DNA of 64,000 nucleotides from Candidatus Marsarchaeota archaeon (GCA_023485545.1 JAMCZI010000005.1:967-64966); one strand, 5' to 3'; shown: positions 54,101 to 63,476, numbered from the stretch's first letter. Notes: generated from the letters alone by a model not told the origin. Numbers and translations: made by a program.

Positions 54101-57100
54101 GAAGTCTTACTGGAATGCATCGCTCGCGGAGCAGTCTGCCAACCTCTACATAGTCGGGGTGTCAAACGTATCAAGGGTGCAGGGAGGTATATTTGGCATT
54201 TCCGGAGGGTTCTTCGGCTGGGGCAAATCCATAATACCAAAGGCTCTGACGTTCAACGCCATACCTACTGCGATAACTACCGACGACGCTGGCGATGTGT
54301 TTTTCAGCGGCGTGGATCCGAACAACGGCAAGCTCACTCTCGGCTACAGGCTTGCGAACGGCACGAGCAATGAATCTGCAGCGCAGCAGGTTCCACCAGG
54401 ATTCCACGCGTCAGACATGCTTGCGTCAGACCCCGGCGGCCAGTATCTGTACCTTGCCAACAGCAGCTTCGCAAATGTGACTGTCTATGGAAGCGTCAAC
54501 GCCACATACGTGGGTGAGATAGCGCTTAACTATTCAAACCCGCTCAACATGCTCAACATAACGTCATACCTTGCGCACGGCGGGCCTTATGGCAATGCGC
54601 AGATAGCTGCTGCTTACTCCGGTGCACCTACGTCAAATGACATATCGTCGTATCACCATCCGATTGCGCTCGCAGATGTTGGGGGCATACAGTACGTCAT
54701 GGATAACTGGACATTCACTGTGAACGGACTCAAGTCCACGGTGCTCACGCTTCGCGCCTTCACCTCAAATGGCATAGAGGTTAGCATAGACCCCCAGAGC
54801 TATTATGATCTGATACCTTCCAATTCAGGCCTAGTATCTGTATCAACAGGGAGCTTGGGAGGAGCGCTCAGCAACCCGCCCTATGGGTGGCCGCTTGCAG
54901 CAAACATATCGCTGCCCGATGGCACTTACGTAAGCTACTGCGCGTATGGCTGCACATACACTCCAAACAGCCTTGATACTGCGTATCCGCCAATAGCATC
55001 TATGGTAGAGGCTGACGGGGCGAATGTGGGGCAGCGCAACTTCTCAATCGGGATCAACTTCAACGGCACTGTATACATAATCTCGCACTCGTATATCTCT
55101 GGGGTGAAGAGCTGCACGTCATCTGGTGTTCACGGAGGGATTGTCTGCACAACTACTCCGTCAAAGCCACTTTATGCGGAGCTTCTCTCATTCCAGCCGC
55201 AGATAGTGAATTATACGACTGTATCGAACATGGCCAATTCGCATTACACCTGCTACGTGGCTCCAGACGCTTCATCCAGCACGGCAAGCAATACGCCCTG
55301 CACCGTGGAGCAGCAGAACATAAAAACGTCATCATCTTCCGGAAGCTCATCCGAGCCCAATCCCGCATGGTCAATATTGAGCGACATGTACGGCCCCATA
55401 CTCGGCGTGCCAAGCTCATTCAAGTATGTCGAGAACCTCGGCTACCCAACCGATTACGTCTCCGCTGTTACCGCTCTTGCATCCACTTCATCCTCACTCT
55501 CCTCAAGCTCGTCGAGCCCATCCAGCGCCAACATCATAGCAAATACGATAAACGTTGGCAACGGCATACCAAGCAATTCGCTGCCGATAAGCCCGTCGCA
55601 GCTCATACCACGCACCAGCCTGACGAGCAACATAAGCGGATACGTGCTCGTTCCATACAAAGCTTCGTTCTCGCTATCAGAAGACTGGACTCCATCTTCG
55701 CAAGCCCCGAAGTCAAGCAACGGCGATTCATGCCCGTCCTCCTACTCTTTCCCTAGCAGCGTTAACAAGAAATACACGATTTTCACCTACGGCGTGTCAA
55801 AGGTCAACTCAAGTACAAACACAACCGCAATAGAAGGCGGCAGCATATTCCTGCAGTACTTCGGCACAGGCGTGTATTATTCCCCCGAGCTGTCAGACGC
55901 GAACCTGATAATGCCTCCCAGAATCGGCTACGAGATGTTTACAAACAGGCTGATAGGCGAGGCCTACGTAAACCTCACTGCGACAACTTCAGGAGAGCAG
56001 AATCCCCAGATGATCCTGAACCAGAGCCACAACTACAACTACTACGAGTCGCTGCACTACCTTGATGCTTTCGGCAAGTCTGTTCCTGCATACGCAACCG
56101 AGGTTGCGGTTCCAGATAACGTCGTTGGCAACCTTGGAAGCGTATCCGGATACTACAACCCTAACAATTATCTTCCGAAATCCAATAACTTCACCCTCTC
56201 AAACTTCACAAATGACGGAGGAATAGCAAGCATAGTCAATGCATATCACATAGCCTCTACGCTAGATTCTCTTGGGATAGACATGACCGGCCACAAATCC
56301 ATATTGGGGTACGACAGGCTGGTGTACAACCTCATAGACAGGTTCGGGAACAAGATATCGATGCCCCTTGATATTGACATGGCCAACATAACTTCGCTGT
56401 CGCTCTCAGCGGTTGACAACATAGACCCAACAAACCCCAACCAGAGCACCATAGCCGTGAAGGGCTTTGCGGGCTACGTCACAGGAAGCACGCCCGTCTC
56501 GGTAAACCCGCTTCCCGCAGGGCAGAAGATATACGTATACTACGATACCAACATAAACTTCTATCCAAGCCAGACATACCAGAGCCTGCAGTCCTACGCC
56601 CAATATGCTGAGAACTGCGCATACGGCTCTAACGCATACGGCTGCACACTGGCCAATCCGACAAACGCAACACAAAACGGGGGCAACACTGTCGGAGGAG
56701 AAGTGGTGTCATCGCTCGTTACATATTCGCCGCAGTACGTTAATGGCCAATCGTGCTCACCGCAGCCGAGCAGCCTGCTAACGCAGCAGAACTACTGGGA
56801 ATGCAACATATACGGGGATTACGGGCTCAAGTCCTCGCAGATAGGCCCATCCGGGCAGGTGGAATACTGCCTTCCAGACTTCATCAACGGTACCGGGCAG
56901 TTTACCTCCCAGCTCGGCCTCGTAGGAATAGCGACTACAAACTCCTCGGGAGGATTTTCGATGAACGTCCCGGCATGCGGCACAGGCACATCCAGGATAA
57001 TCGCAGAATACTACGGGGTGCCTTCGCCGCAGCCTAACCTTGTGAGCCAGGTGCCACTAGCATACTCTGCAAACACGGTCGACAGCTCCAATGCTGCGCT

Positions 57101-57284
57101 TTACATTTCGACTCCGGAGTACAGTTACACCTACTCCCCTAACCAGACTATACAGTCTCTTCCGATAGGCAGCTACGCCCTGAGCCTCGGAGATATCGAG
57201 GCAGTGCTGCTTGTTGCCATAGCTGCTATACTGATCATGCTTGCCGCAATGCACCCCAGAAAGTGGGCCTTCACACATGGCTAA
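51189..57284 (+). CDS. Giant secreted, C-terminally anchored surface protein (PKD-like domain, Ser-rich linkers, many N-glycosylation sequons)
   Basis: Track ORF 51159..57284 (2041 aa). Signal peptide MRQTGMYLVLIIISLMLAHSSAAQS. PKD-like segment VTFTLSAKKGYGPYSYTYSV...FTVTDAGGQTATATAQVTV. C-terminal TM AVLLVAIAAILIMLAAM followed by basic residues. Confidence 0.75.
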   Translation: MRQTGMYLVLIIISLMLAHSSAAQSLQQGQQANATLPQVAYQTTSQPTSDYAYYTVTQPQYPGGPPVTNSYYYTNFTLVGGFNSGCRSSLWHAGPGTTVTCTRNGATFSFTETQNNDTTVVYGSGQNYPKNNMFTVSGQPDAVWVSYSTSCGFFSTCYHVGYASINQPPTGSYLDIYGVYYAGFTQTNMPSSCAGDMNSNNSPVTCNSITYDKIHDGSALMYEQYSTDGFPEAYMKVSIYQNESNKSQYYAAFPYETVSSCSGPSCRFGGTKSAVYAAGMTPALSLSVSPSSFVTVLKRQVTFTLSAKKGYGPYSYTYSVSGPGKYSESGSGTSESFTFYSQGSYLITFTVTDAGGQTATATAQVTVNKPTIPPQCNPYTPTAGNCIFLNGSTITTGNYGNYAGTGSFSTSQNGPTSNTPVIANVILSNLANNQYLLTCPNTPNPSNTLEYIVGNGVSRIGGDACLANANSLKTNVSLETNVTWSQYQVANGTINVHFINLTQAYLDDLGYVGEANNSGSYAYNISNGYGTNTLIYQNVPSQTQYGIWSWYAKYADLSSANNPSFLSKAKFAEAFPSLDAPFQYLTVDVNETNSAGNSYTCAYNYTYSIGDSLDSIQSANITIPKQINAQGDSYVNINGINHKPYTYANGGNSVYSQSCTNYVFYQSCSTSGNSGYDSLWAGQNDIVIGSNTFTLASPNNVATVKVYSSGKYTSEPGNYYFYDNGATNTYWVPYCILASSGLVGPTCKQQSSGLALGVGTYTANIYFGSAPNGQQWTNSSIFPYFLYNISVPATYSNLAAHAEYLNLSYDTYSPYNYLNPANALEPLPIQMGSGLFATINGILSVLPLNITSTTDPNVQELSSAPQAYFISDLTPTTANSLHLGFLKSLFGNYTSAAVSSPSFIAASPNDNIYALNYTSIPSDCFGFCISTTTDSYLYDMRFIPYGYFNVSNEQPDSVAPEPNSIAWNESWKSYWNASLAEQSANLYIVGVSNVSRVQGGIFGISGGFFGWGKSIIPKALTFNAIPTAITTDDAGDVFFSGVDPNNGKLTLGYRLANGTSNESAAQQVPPGFHASDMLASDPGGQYLYLANSSFANVTVYGSVNATYVGEIALNYSNPLNMLNITSYLAHGGPYGNAQIAAAYSGAPTSNDISSYHHPIALADVGGIQYVMDNWTFTVNGLKSTVLTLRAFTSNGIEVSIDPQSYYDLIPSNSGLVSVSTGSLGGALSNPPYGWPLAANISLPDGTYVSYCAYGCTYTPNSLDTAYPPIASMVEADGANVGQRNFSIGINFNGTVYIISHSYISGVKSCTSSGVHGGIVCTTTPSKPLYAELLSFQPQIVNYTTVSNMANSHYTCYVAPDASSSTASNTPCTVEQQNIKTSSSSGSSSEPNPAWSILSDMYGPILGVPSSFKYVENLGYPTDYVSAVTALASTSSSLSSSSSSPSSANIIANTINVGNGIPSNSLPISPSQLIPRTSLTSNISGYVLVPYKASFSLSEDWTPSSQAPKSSNGDSCPSSYSFPSSVNKKYTIFTYGVSKVNSSTNTTAIEGGSIFLQYFGTGVYYSPELSDANLIMPPRIGYEMFTNRLIGEAYVNLTATTSGEQNPQMILNQSHNYNYYESLHYLDAFGKSVPAYATEVAVPDNVVGNLGSVSGYYNPNNYLPKSNNFTLSNFTNDGGIASIVNAYHIASTLDSLGIDMTGHKSILGYDRLVYNLIDRFGNKISMPLDIDMANITSLSLSAVDNIDPTNPNQSTIAVKGFAGYVTGSTPVSVNPLPAGQKIYVYYDTNINFYPSQTYQSLQSYAQYAENCAYGSNAYGCTLANPTNATQNGGNTVGGEVVSSLVTYSPQYVNGQSCSPQPSSLLTQQNYWECNIYGDYGLKSSQIGPSGQVEYCLPDFINGTGQFTSQLGLVGIATTNSSGGFSMNVPACGTGTSRIIAEYYGVPSPQPNLVSQVPLAYSANTVDSSNAALYISTPEYSYTYSPNQTIQSLPIGSYALSLGDIEAVLLVAIAAILIMLAAMHPRKWAFTHG

Positions 57285-57312
57285 CGCTATAGCACATTAT
57301 TTATATTAATAA

Positions 57313-59304
57313 ATGCGGTATTATATCGGTGGTATGGTGCTCGGAATAGCCCTTGCCGGAGTGGTGCTGAGTTTTGGCGGCGTATACGCTTTCGTCCCGA
57401 TAGTCATAATAGTAATACTTATAGCTGCCGCAGCCGGGCTTTCGAGGGGGGCCAGCATATTCAGCGCATTCGGGATAGGCGCCATAATAGGCTTGGGCGG
57501 CTCATTCGGCGGCGGGGGGCGCGGCAAGGCGTTGCACAAGCAGGGATACGGCGGCGGCGCAGGGCAGAGGAACGCTGCAAAAGGTAGATTGCAGGGCAAG
57601 AAGTTCGGCGCCAAAGACCTTAAGAAGGCTGGAGGAATGCTAAAGAAGGGTGCTACAGCCCTTAGGGCTAAGAAGCTGTCCTCGAATTCGAAGCTGACAA
57701 GCGCACTCGCAGAGAAGGGCAGGGAGGCACTCGCGAAGAAGGGCATGCCGACAGACATAATCGAGGGAGCGGCAGCCGGCGGCATAGGCTTTTCTACGAT
57801 GGCCGGCTCAAAGGTGCTGAAGAGGCGCGACACCGCCGCTAAGGCAAAGGAGGAGGCCAGAAAGAAGCTTGTCCTGGCTCAGGAGGCGGCAGCAGGCTAT
57901 GGTGCCCAGGGATCCGCAAAGGGTGCGCCGCTCGCTGCTCCGTCATCAAAAGGCGGCCCTGAAAATCTAGGTTTGCTCGAGAAGCACAAGATAACAAAGA
58001 TGGGCGAAAAGGCAGAAAAGACAAAGGAGAAGCTTGAAAAGGATGTTAAAAAGGCCGAGTTCAAGTCGCTTGGCAAGGAGGCAAAGCACGCAGTTGCAGA
58101 GAAGAAAGCCCTTTACGAGGCACTGGCAGCCACGCTCGGCACTGAGGAGGCCAAGAAGCTGATGAAATCGGCGAAGGAGAGCGTGGGCGGGGCCAGCAAT
58201 ACCGAGAGCACCAGCAGGGCCCTCGAGCGCCAGGAGTCCAAGCTCAAGAAGAGGCAGGACGCCTACTTTGTGCAGACATCAAAAGCCGACAAGCTGCTCG
58301 AGGAGCTCAATAGCATAAAGGCGATGAACAACGGCAAGTTCGTGAAAGGCGTAGCTTACGGCGCTTCTGAAAAGCACGAACTTAGCAAGCAGCAGAATTA
58401 CCTTAAGCAGATAAATAAGAAGGTAGAGCCGGAACTTTACGAGAAGGAAGCAAGGAAGCTCGAGGAGATGAAGGGGACATTTGTGCACTCCAAGGTGCTT
58501 GACGACCTGAAGAAGTCGCAGGGCGAGGAGATTAAGGCCTTAAAGAATAGGCAGGAGGCTGAGAAGAAATCATTCATGGAAGCCAGGAAGGCAGATCTCA
58601 AGAGCGGCGCGTCGCCGAAAGGGCAGGTCAAGTCGGATTCGGTGGAGTCGCTCTCAGGCCTTGAAGCCCGGCAGCGTGCCGCAATGAGTGAGCTTGAGGC
58701 GAAGCACAAGAAAGAGCTTTCCGACCTGTCGAATTCGCAGGTTGATGCCGCGCAGAGAGAGCGGCTCAGGCTCATATCCGCAAGTCCGGATCTTATGCTC
58801 AAGCGCATAGACGACCAGATAAACAAGCTGGAGAAGTCCATGAGCGCATACGTCTCGGCGCAGCCTGCTGCCTCAAAGGGTGAGGGCTTCAAAACGGTAT
58901 CTGATGAAAATGCCGAAACCAACCTGCCTGGCGCACAGCGTTTGGCAGAACTGAAGCGCTATCGTGATGCAATATCATCAGAGAAGAAGGATTTCCTTGC
59001 CGGCAGCGCAGCAGACCGCGAAAAACTCCTGGGCGCGACTTCGGCTCTGCTTAAATCCGAGTCTGTCGTCAGCTCTGCAAAAACTGGTGTTGCCAAGGAG
59101 CTCGGCAATCCAAGCGATGCGCCGAAGAACCTGCGCAAGATGAAGGAAAAGAAGAGCGCTGATGAGGAAGCCGAAGCAAAGAGGATACGCGACGAAGTTG
59201 AAGCCGAGCGTGAGAGGAAGGCAGCTGAGGCAAGGGAGCTTGCAAAGAAGAAGGCTGAAGAAGAGCAGAAGAAGAAGCCTTCTGGTGGCAAAAGCCAGCC
59301 GTGA
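57313..59304 (+). CDS. Membrane-anchored Gly-rich / Lys-Glu-Ala-rich (probable coiled-coil) protein
   Basis: 663 aa. Two N-terminal hydrophobic helices, then GGSFGGGGRGK...GYGGGAGQ, then about 550 aa dominated by K/E/A with a heptad-like appearance. It starts 28 nt after the giant gene. Confidence 0.55.
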   Translation: MRYYIGGMVLGIALAGVVLSFGGVYAFVPIVIIVILIAAAAGLSRGASIFSAFGIGAIIGLGGSFGGGGRGKALHKQGYGGGAGQRNAAKGRLQGKKFGAKDLKKAGGMLKKGATALRAKKLSSNSKLTSALAEKGREALAKKGMPTDIIEGAAAGGIGFSTMAGSKVLKRRDTAAKAKEEARKKLVLAQEAAAGYGAQGSAKGAPLAAPSSKGGPENLGLLEKHKITKMGEKAEKTKEKLEKDVKKAEFKSLGKEAKHAVAEKKALYEALAATLGTEEAKKLMKSAKESVGGASNTESTSRALERQESKLKKRQDAYFVQTSKADKLLEELNSIKAMNNGKFVKGVAYGASEKHELSKQQNYLKQINKKVEPELYEKEARKLEEMKGTFVHSKVLDDLKKSQGEEIKALKNRQEAEKKSFMEARKADLKSGASPKGQVKSDSVESLSGLEARQRAAMSELEAKHKKELSDLSNSQVDAAQRERLRLISASPDLMLKRIDDQINKLEKSMSAYVSAQPAASKGEGFKTVSDENAETNLPGAQRLAELKRYRDAISSEKKDFLAGSAADREKLLGATSALLKSESVVSSAKTGVAKELGNPSDAPKNLRKMKEKKSADEEAEAKRIRDEVEAERERKAAEARELAKKKAEEEQKKKPSGGKSQP

Positions 59305-59333
59305 CGCAAGGAAAACCAAGCCTTCTCTCGAGC

Positions 59334-60071
59334 TCACTGGAAACGCTTGGCCAGCACGTCCCCTATCTCAGCACCAACAGTTATTTCCGGCATGACCATT
59401 CTAAGCGCGCCGGCGCTCCCTATCTTGGATATGTCGTCTTCGCTGCTTACCCTCGACACTACTTCTATGGAAGGGTTGGCGGTCTTTGCGGTTATTGTTA
59501 TTAGCGCGTTCTCTATGTCGCTGTCGCTGCAGGCAACAACCCTCTTAGCCCTTTCGGCCCCAGCATCTATGAAAGCGTCAACAGATTTGATATCCCCAAC
59601 TACTGACAATATAGAATGCCTGTGCATCTCCATCCTGTCCTTTTCGCTTGCGACGACAACTACCGCGTCCATTTTTTCCTTCTTCATCTCCTGCGCCAGA
59701 TAAATTGAAAACCTGTTGTAGGGCGCAAGTATCACGTGCCCACCGACCTTTGCAACCTTTGCATCTATTATTCTGGAGCGTATGTTGACCTTCTTTATGA
59801 AATTGAAGAATAGCGTCGCAAGCACTACAGTAAGCAGAGCGAAAGCTATGGTGTCGAGTATGTCTGCTGTAAGTATGTAAGCGTTCTCCCCGAGGCTGAA
59901 CGGCAGGAGGAGGGGATAGGAAACGTTAAGCATGCTGAGGAGGTTCCACACCAAAGCAATGTAGAATTTCACTCCTGAGGCGAGAGTGAGAAGCAGGGCA
60001 GCTGCGAAGAGTATTATTATGCTGTAGAAAAGCATGCGCATCCTGCCAAGTGCTATTGCCACAAATCTCAC
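59334..60071 (-). CDS. 2-TM membrane protein fused to RCK/TrkA-N domain (channel-like; no canonical K+ filter)
   Basis: Hydrophobic N-terminal ~100 aa. RCK region GHVILAPYNRFSIYLAQEM...VVACSDSDIENALITITAK. No T-x-G-Y/F-G motif. Confidence 0.6.
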   Translation of the reverse strand: MRFVAIALGRMRMLFYSIIILFAAALLLTLASGVKFYIALVWNLLSMLNVSYPLLLPFSLGENAYILTADILDTIAFALLTVVLATLFFNFIKKVNIRSRIIDAKVAKVGGHVILAPYNRFSIYLAQEMKKEKMDAVVVVASEKDRMEMHRHSILSVVGDIKSVDAFIDAGAERAKRVVACSDSDIENALITITAKTANPSIEVVSRVSSEDDISKIGSAGALRMVMPEITVGAEIGDVLAKRFQ

Positions 60072-60835
60072 CTGAAAAGCTTCGATACTATATAGTTGCC
60101 GAGCTCGACTCCCGCAACTATCTCAGGCACGACGCACTGGTCGGCCCCTGCCCTGTGCATCTTAGTAACTGTGTACTCGTCTTTCACGCGCGTTATGACT
60201 TTTATCCTGCTGTTGAGATGCTTGGCTGAAATCACGCCCATCATGTTGTCGAAGTCGTCTCTCGCGTCGAATATGATTGTTTTTGCGTTCTCCACATACG
60301 CCTTCCTGAGCACGTTCTCGGATTTGAAGTCGCCCTCTATTGTCTGATAGCCGAGTGCCCTTAGCATCTCAGCATCTGCTTCGCTGTCCACTATCACTAT
60401 GAACTTCCTTTTCTGCGCCGCCAGCTCTGCGCAAAGCCTTTCTGCGAGCATCGAATACCCGCATATTACCGTGTGGCCGCTGATCCTCTTGGCAACGATT
60501 CCGGCAAGCTTTGATTTTATATCTATGTCGGACATTATGTTTATGAAAGACGCCATAACCAGGCCGATTATTACTATCTTCACCACTCCGTCTGCGGCTA
60601 GGATTAGGATAAGCCTGTAAAACTCTAGGGTGAAAGGCGCTATATAATTGGTAATCGGGGTAATCCCTTCAGCATCAAATATCGATAGGAGCGAGTAGTA
60701 GCTGGCGTTGTATACGTTTCCTGTAATAGTATAAAACTCCAGTATGGAAAATGCGGTAAAAGCTATGCCTATTGCGGTAAGCACCACAAGGGTGAGCCCG
60801 GCAAGTCTCTCCTCCTCCTGTTTCTTTCCTTCCAT
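60068..60835 (-). CDS. 2-TM membrane protein fused to RCK/TrkA-N domain (channel-like; no canonical K+ filter)
   Basis: GHTVICGYSMLAERLCAEL Rossmann-like RCK motif. A membrane pair flanks SYYSLLSIFDAEGITP. It overlaps the downstream paralogue by 4 nt. Confidence 0.6.
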   Translation of the reverse strand: MEGKKQEEERLAGLTLVVLTAIGIAFTAFSILEFYTITGNVYNASYYSLLSIFDAEGITPITNYIAPFTLEFYRLILILAADGVVKIVIIGLVMASFINIMSDIDIKSKLAGIVAKRISGHTVICGYSMLAERLCAELAAQKRKFIVIVDSEADAEMLRALGYQTIEGDFKSENVLRKAYVENAKTIIFDARDDFDNMMGVISAKHLNSRIKVITRVKDEYTVTKMHRAGADQCVVPEIVAGVELGNYIVSKLFR

Positions 60836-60838
60836 AAA

Positions 60839-61273
60839 TCAACCAGCATCGTTTTTCTTGAGTTCGCTTATTATCTCCCTGCTCGCAGCCTTCTGCGGCA
60901 TCACTATGTAGTCCGCTCCAGCCTCTATGAGCTTCTCCCTGACGAAATCATCATTGGCCCTGGTCACTATGAAAATCTTCTTGTTGAGATCCCTGGCAGT
61001 CAGCACTGCGAAAAGGTTCTTGGCGTCGTTGTCCATCACTACCGCTATCGCCTTTGCTCCAACTATGCCAGCATCCTTAAGGGTCTTGGAGCTTGTTGCA
61101 TCCCCTTTGACGACTTTAAGCCCCTGCTCCTCTAGCTTCCCGGTGAGCGAGTCGTTGTTGTCCACTATGATGAAGTCTATCATATGCTCGCCTAGAACTT
61201 CGCCTATTTTCTGGCCTACGACTCCATAGCCGCAAATTATTATGTGGTCCTTCTCCTGCTTGAAGCTCGCCAT
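60839..61273 (-). CDS. Soluble RCK/TrkA-N domain protein
   Basis: 144 aa. HIIICGYGVVGQKIGEVL NAD-binding-like motif. The palindromic TTTATAAA box at 61295..61302 lies about 26 nt upstream of the ATG. Confidence 0.75.
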   Translation of the reverse strand: MASFKQEKDHIIICGYGVVGQKIGEVLGEHMIDFIIVDNNDSLTGKLEEQGLKVVKGDATSSKTLKDAGIVGAKAIAVVMDNDAKNLFAVLTARDLNKKIFIVTRANDDFVREKLIEAGADYIVMPQKAASREIISELKKNDAG

Positions 61274-61402
61274 GATAATAGTTGGAATGCCTCATTTATA
61301 AATCCTTATTGCGCAGCGTCAAGCATGCGGCATTTGCAGAAAAACTAGGAACCTGTGATGCGCTCTGCAGCACCGACGGATTTTGGCGCAACTTATCCCT
61401 AT

Positions 61403-61475
61403 TAGTCCCACCCAGATTCGAACTGGGGTTTGCAGGTCCAGAGCCTGCCGTCCTTGACCACTAGACGATGGGACT
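61403..61475 (-). tRNA. tRNA-Gln (anticodon CUG)
   Basis: Reverse complement: AGTCCCA TC GTCT AGTGGTCAA GGAC G GCAGG CTCTGGA CCTGC AAAC CCCAG TTCGAAT CTGGG TGGGACT A. An A1:U72 pair is typical of archaeal tRNA-Gln. Confidence 0.85.
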
Positions 61476-61530
61476 GCGCACATATAATTGCAGCAACATA
61501 TTTTATACATTTGTGGGCAAATAAGAATTT

Positions 61531-62472
61531 ATGGCATCCGCAAAGGCCAGAAGAGCCAGTTCAAGGCAGGCGCAACCCCACAACGCAAAAGCCAACCTCA
61601 TCGAAGGGGTGGGCGTGATAATAGCGGTCCTCGCGTTCCTGCTGCTCGGCATATACCTCTCTACAAGCGTGTTTCACATCATACCGGACAGTTTCTCAAA
61701 GCTGATATATGCAGCAATAATCGGGATAACAGTATTCGCCGTACTTCGGATATTCACAAGGATACTAGAGTCAAGGCTCACTAGGGCGACGTCGCAGGGG
61801 CGCGCAAGGCCGATAGTGCTGATAGTGAACCTTGTCGGTTACTTCATACTTGCACTATTCGTGCTCTCGGCGCTTGGGATAAACACCTCCTCCGTGCTGC
61901 TTAGCGGCACCATAATAGGCGCAGTGGTGGGACTGGCCTCGCAGAATGTGCTGTCAAACATATTCGGCGGAATAATGCTCATCTTTGTAAAGCCCTTCAA
62001 GGTGGGCGACAAGGTGGAAGTAAGCACATGGCAATACGGAGTGATGCTCACACTAACGCCTCCAAAGTATTTCTCCAGGGATGAGATCAAGAACGGGTAC
62101 AGAGGCACAATAGAGGACCTCACCCTGATGTATACCATAATAAAGGACAAGGACAACGAGCACATAAAGATACCGAACAGCATAATGGTCCAGGCAGCTA
62201 TTGCGATATCGAGTTCTACGCACATGCTCAACGTGCGCTTTGAGATCCCAAAGTCAATACCATTCAGCAAAATCAGCTCCGACATAGAGAAAGCCGTCAG
62301 GGCTGCGGCAGGCATAAAAAATGCGCCAAGCATAATTGTAGAAGAGACTACCGTTCTAACGTACCTCCTCCGCATAAGCTTTGAGTGTGAAATCGAAATG
62401 GAAGAAAAGGTCAAAAGCGACATACTGCAGAGCCTTATCACGATAACGGAGCCGCTGAAACCAAAGAACTGA
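61531..62472 (+). CDS. Small-conductance mechanosensitive channel (MscS family)
   Basis: Three N-terminal TMs, then SNIFGGIMLIFVKPFKVGDKVEV, the MscS pore-helix/beta-domain junction. Confidence 0.8.
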   Translation: MASAKARRASSRQAQPHNAKANLIEGVGVIIAVLAFLLLGIYLSTSVFHIIPDSFSKLIYAAIIGITVFAVLRIFTRILESRLTRATSQGRARPIVLIVNLVGYFILALFVLSALGINTSSVLLSGTIIGAVVGLASQNVLSNIFGGIMLIFVKPFKVGDKVEVSTWQYGVMLTLTPPKYFSRDEIKNGYRGTIEDLTLMYTIIKDKDNEHIKIPNSIMVQAAIAISSSTHMLNVRFEIPKSIPFSKISSDIEKAVRAAAGIKNAPSIIVEETTVLTYLLRISFECEIEMEEKVKSDILQSLITITEPLKPKN

Positions 62473-62480
62473 GTGTCTTC

Positions 62481-63167
62481 TTGCGCAGCAACGAAAATAC
62501 AAAGAGGGAAATAAAGGACATAGTGATAGCTGATGCTGTGCTCATAATAGCGTTCTCCATGACGTTATCCGGCGGCATATTCGGCCTTTCAAGAGGTTCT
62601 CCATTAGGTTTTGCAGTCCTTATACCCGCGGTGGCGCTCGGCGTCTCGCTCAGCTTCATACTGCACGAGCTGATGCACAAGTTCGTCGCACAGCACTATG
62701 GCGCCATAGCCGGGTTCAGGACATCGTATAACGGCCTGATAGTGACGCTTCTCACTGGGGCGTTCGGCTTCCTGCTCGGGATACCCGGAGCGACTATGAT
62801 ATATACAAACAGCTTCACTAAGCGCGAAAATGGGATAGTCTCACTCGCTGGGCCGCTCACCAATTTCGTTGTATTCGGCATCTTCGTCGGGCTTCTTTTC
62901 GCGCTCAATCCTCCCAATGGGTCATACTTAGGCTACGCGATAAATCTGACGATATTCATAAGCATACTGCTAGCATTCTTCAACATGCTGCCGATATACC
63001 CTCTTGACGGAAGCAAGGTGCTCGCGTGGAACAAAGAGGCCTACTTCATAACGATGGGAACGATATTTGTGCTGATGCTCGCCTTCCATGTAATAGGCCT
63101 GATAGACATAATATTCATGATAGGCATAGCCATATTCTTCTCGCTCTTCTACAGAAACATGATGTAG
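62481..63167 (+). CDS. Site-2 protease family (M50) intramembrane metalloprotease
   Basis: HELMHK (HExxH) in a TM helix and NMLPIYPLDGSKV (NxxPxxxLDG). Confidence 0.8.
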   Translation: MRSNENTKREIKDIVIADAVLIIAFSMTLSGGIFGLSRGSPLGFAVLIPAVALGVSLSFILHELMHKFVAQHYGAIAGFRTSYNGLIVTLLTGAFGFLLGIPGATMIYTNSFTKRENGIVSLAGPLTNFVVFGIFVGLLFALNPPNGSYLGYAINLTIFISILLAFFNMLPIYPLDGSKVLAWNKEAYFITMGTIFVLMLAFHVIGLIDIIFMIGIAIFFSLFYRNMM

Positions 63168-63215
63168 CCAAGGCTTTCCGGAAAAATATTTATTACAGCG
63201 CTGGCATATAATATC

Positions 63216-63476
63216 ATGCAGATAAGGAAGGAGTATTCAACCAGCTCTGGAAGGCTGTCCGTGCTTGCGGAGGTGTCCGACGGCAGGATTGAGGAGATAA
63301 AGCTTGAGGGCGACTCAGCTGACGACTCCTACCTTGAGATGCTCTCGAAACACCTAATAGGAAGAAAATACGAGATAGGTGACCTCGAGGCTGCGATGCT
63401 TGAGCTGTCGCTCTCGGGAGTTGTGCCGAGAGGCTTCAACGAACAGGAGCTTGTGGAGGCTCTTCTTGAGGGCTGA
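63216..63476 (+). CDS. Small protein resembling the C-terminal domain of lipoate-protein ligase (LplB-like); tentative
   Basis: 86 aa. GRIEEIKLEGDSADD...LSKHLIGRKYE pattern is similar to the Lip_prot_lig_C architecture. From memory only. Confidence 0.3.
   Translation: MQIRKEYSTSSGRLSVLAEVSDGRIEEIKLEGDSADDSYLEMLSKHLIGRKYEIGDLEAAMLELSLSGVVPRGFNEQELVEALLEG

Noticed and set aside
59334-60835. Annotating the two 2TM-RCK proteins as potassium channels (MthK/Kch-like)
   Set aside because: No T-x-G-Y/F-G selectivity-filter signature is present between the membrane helices. They are kept as channel-like RCK proteins only.
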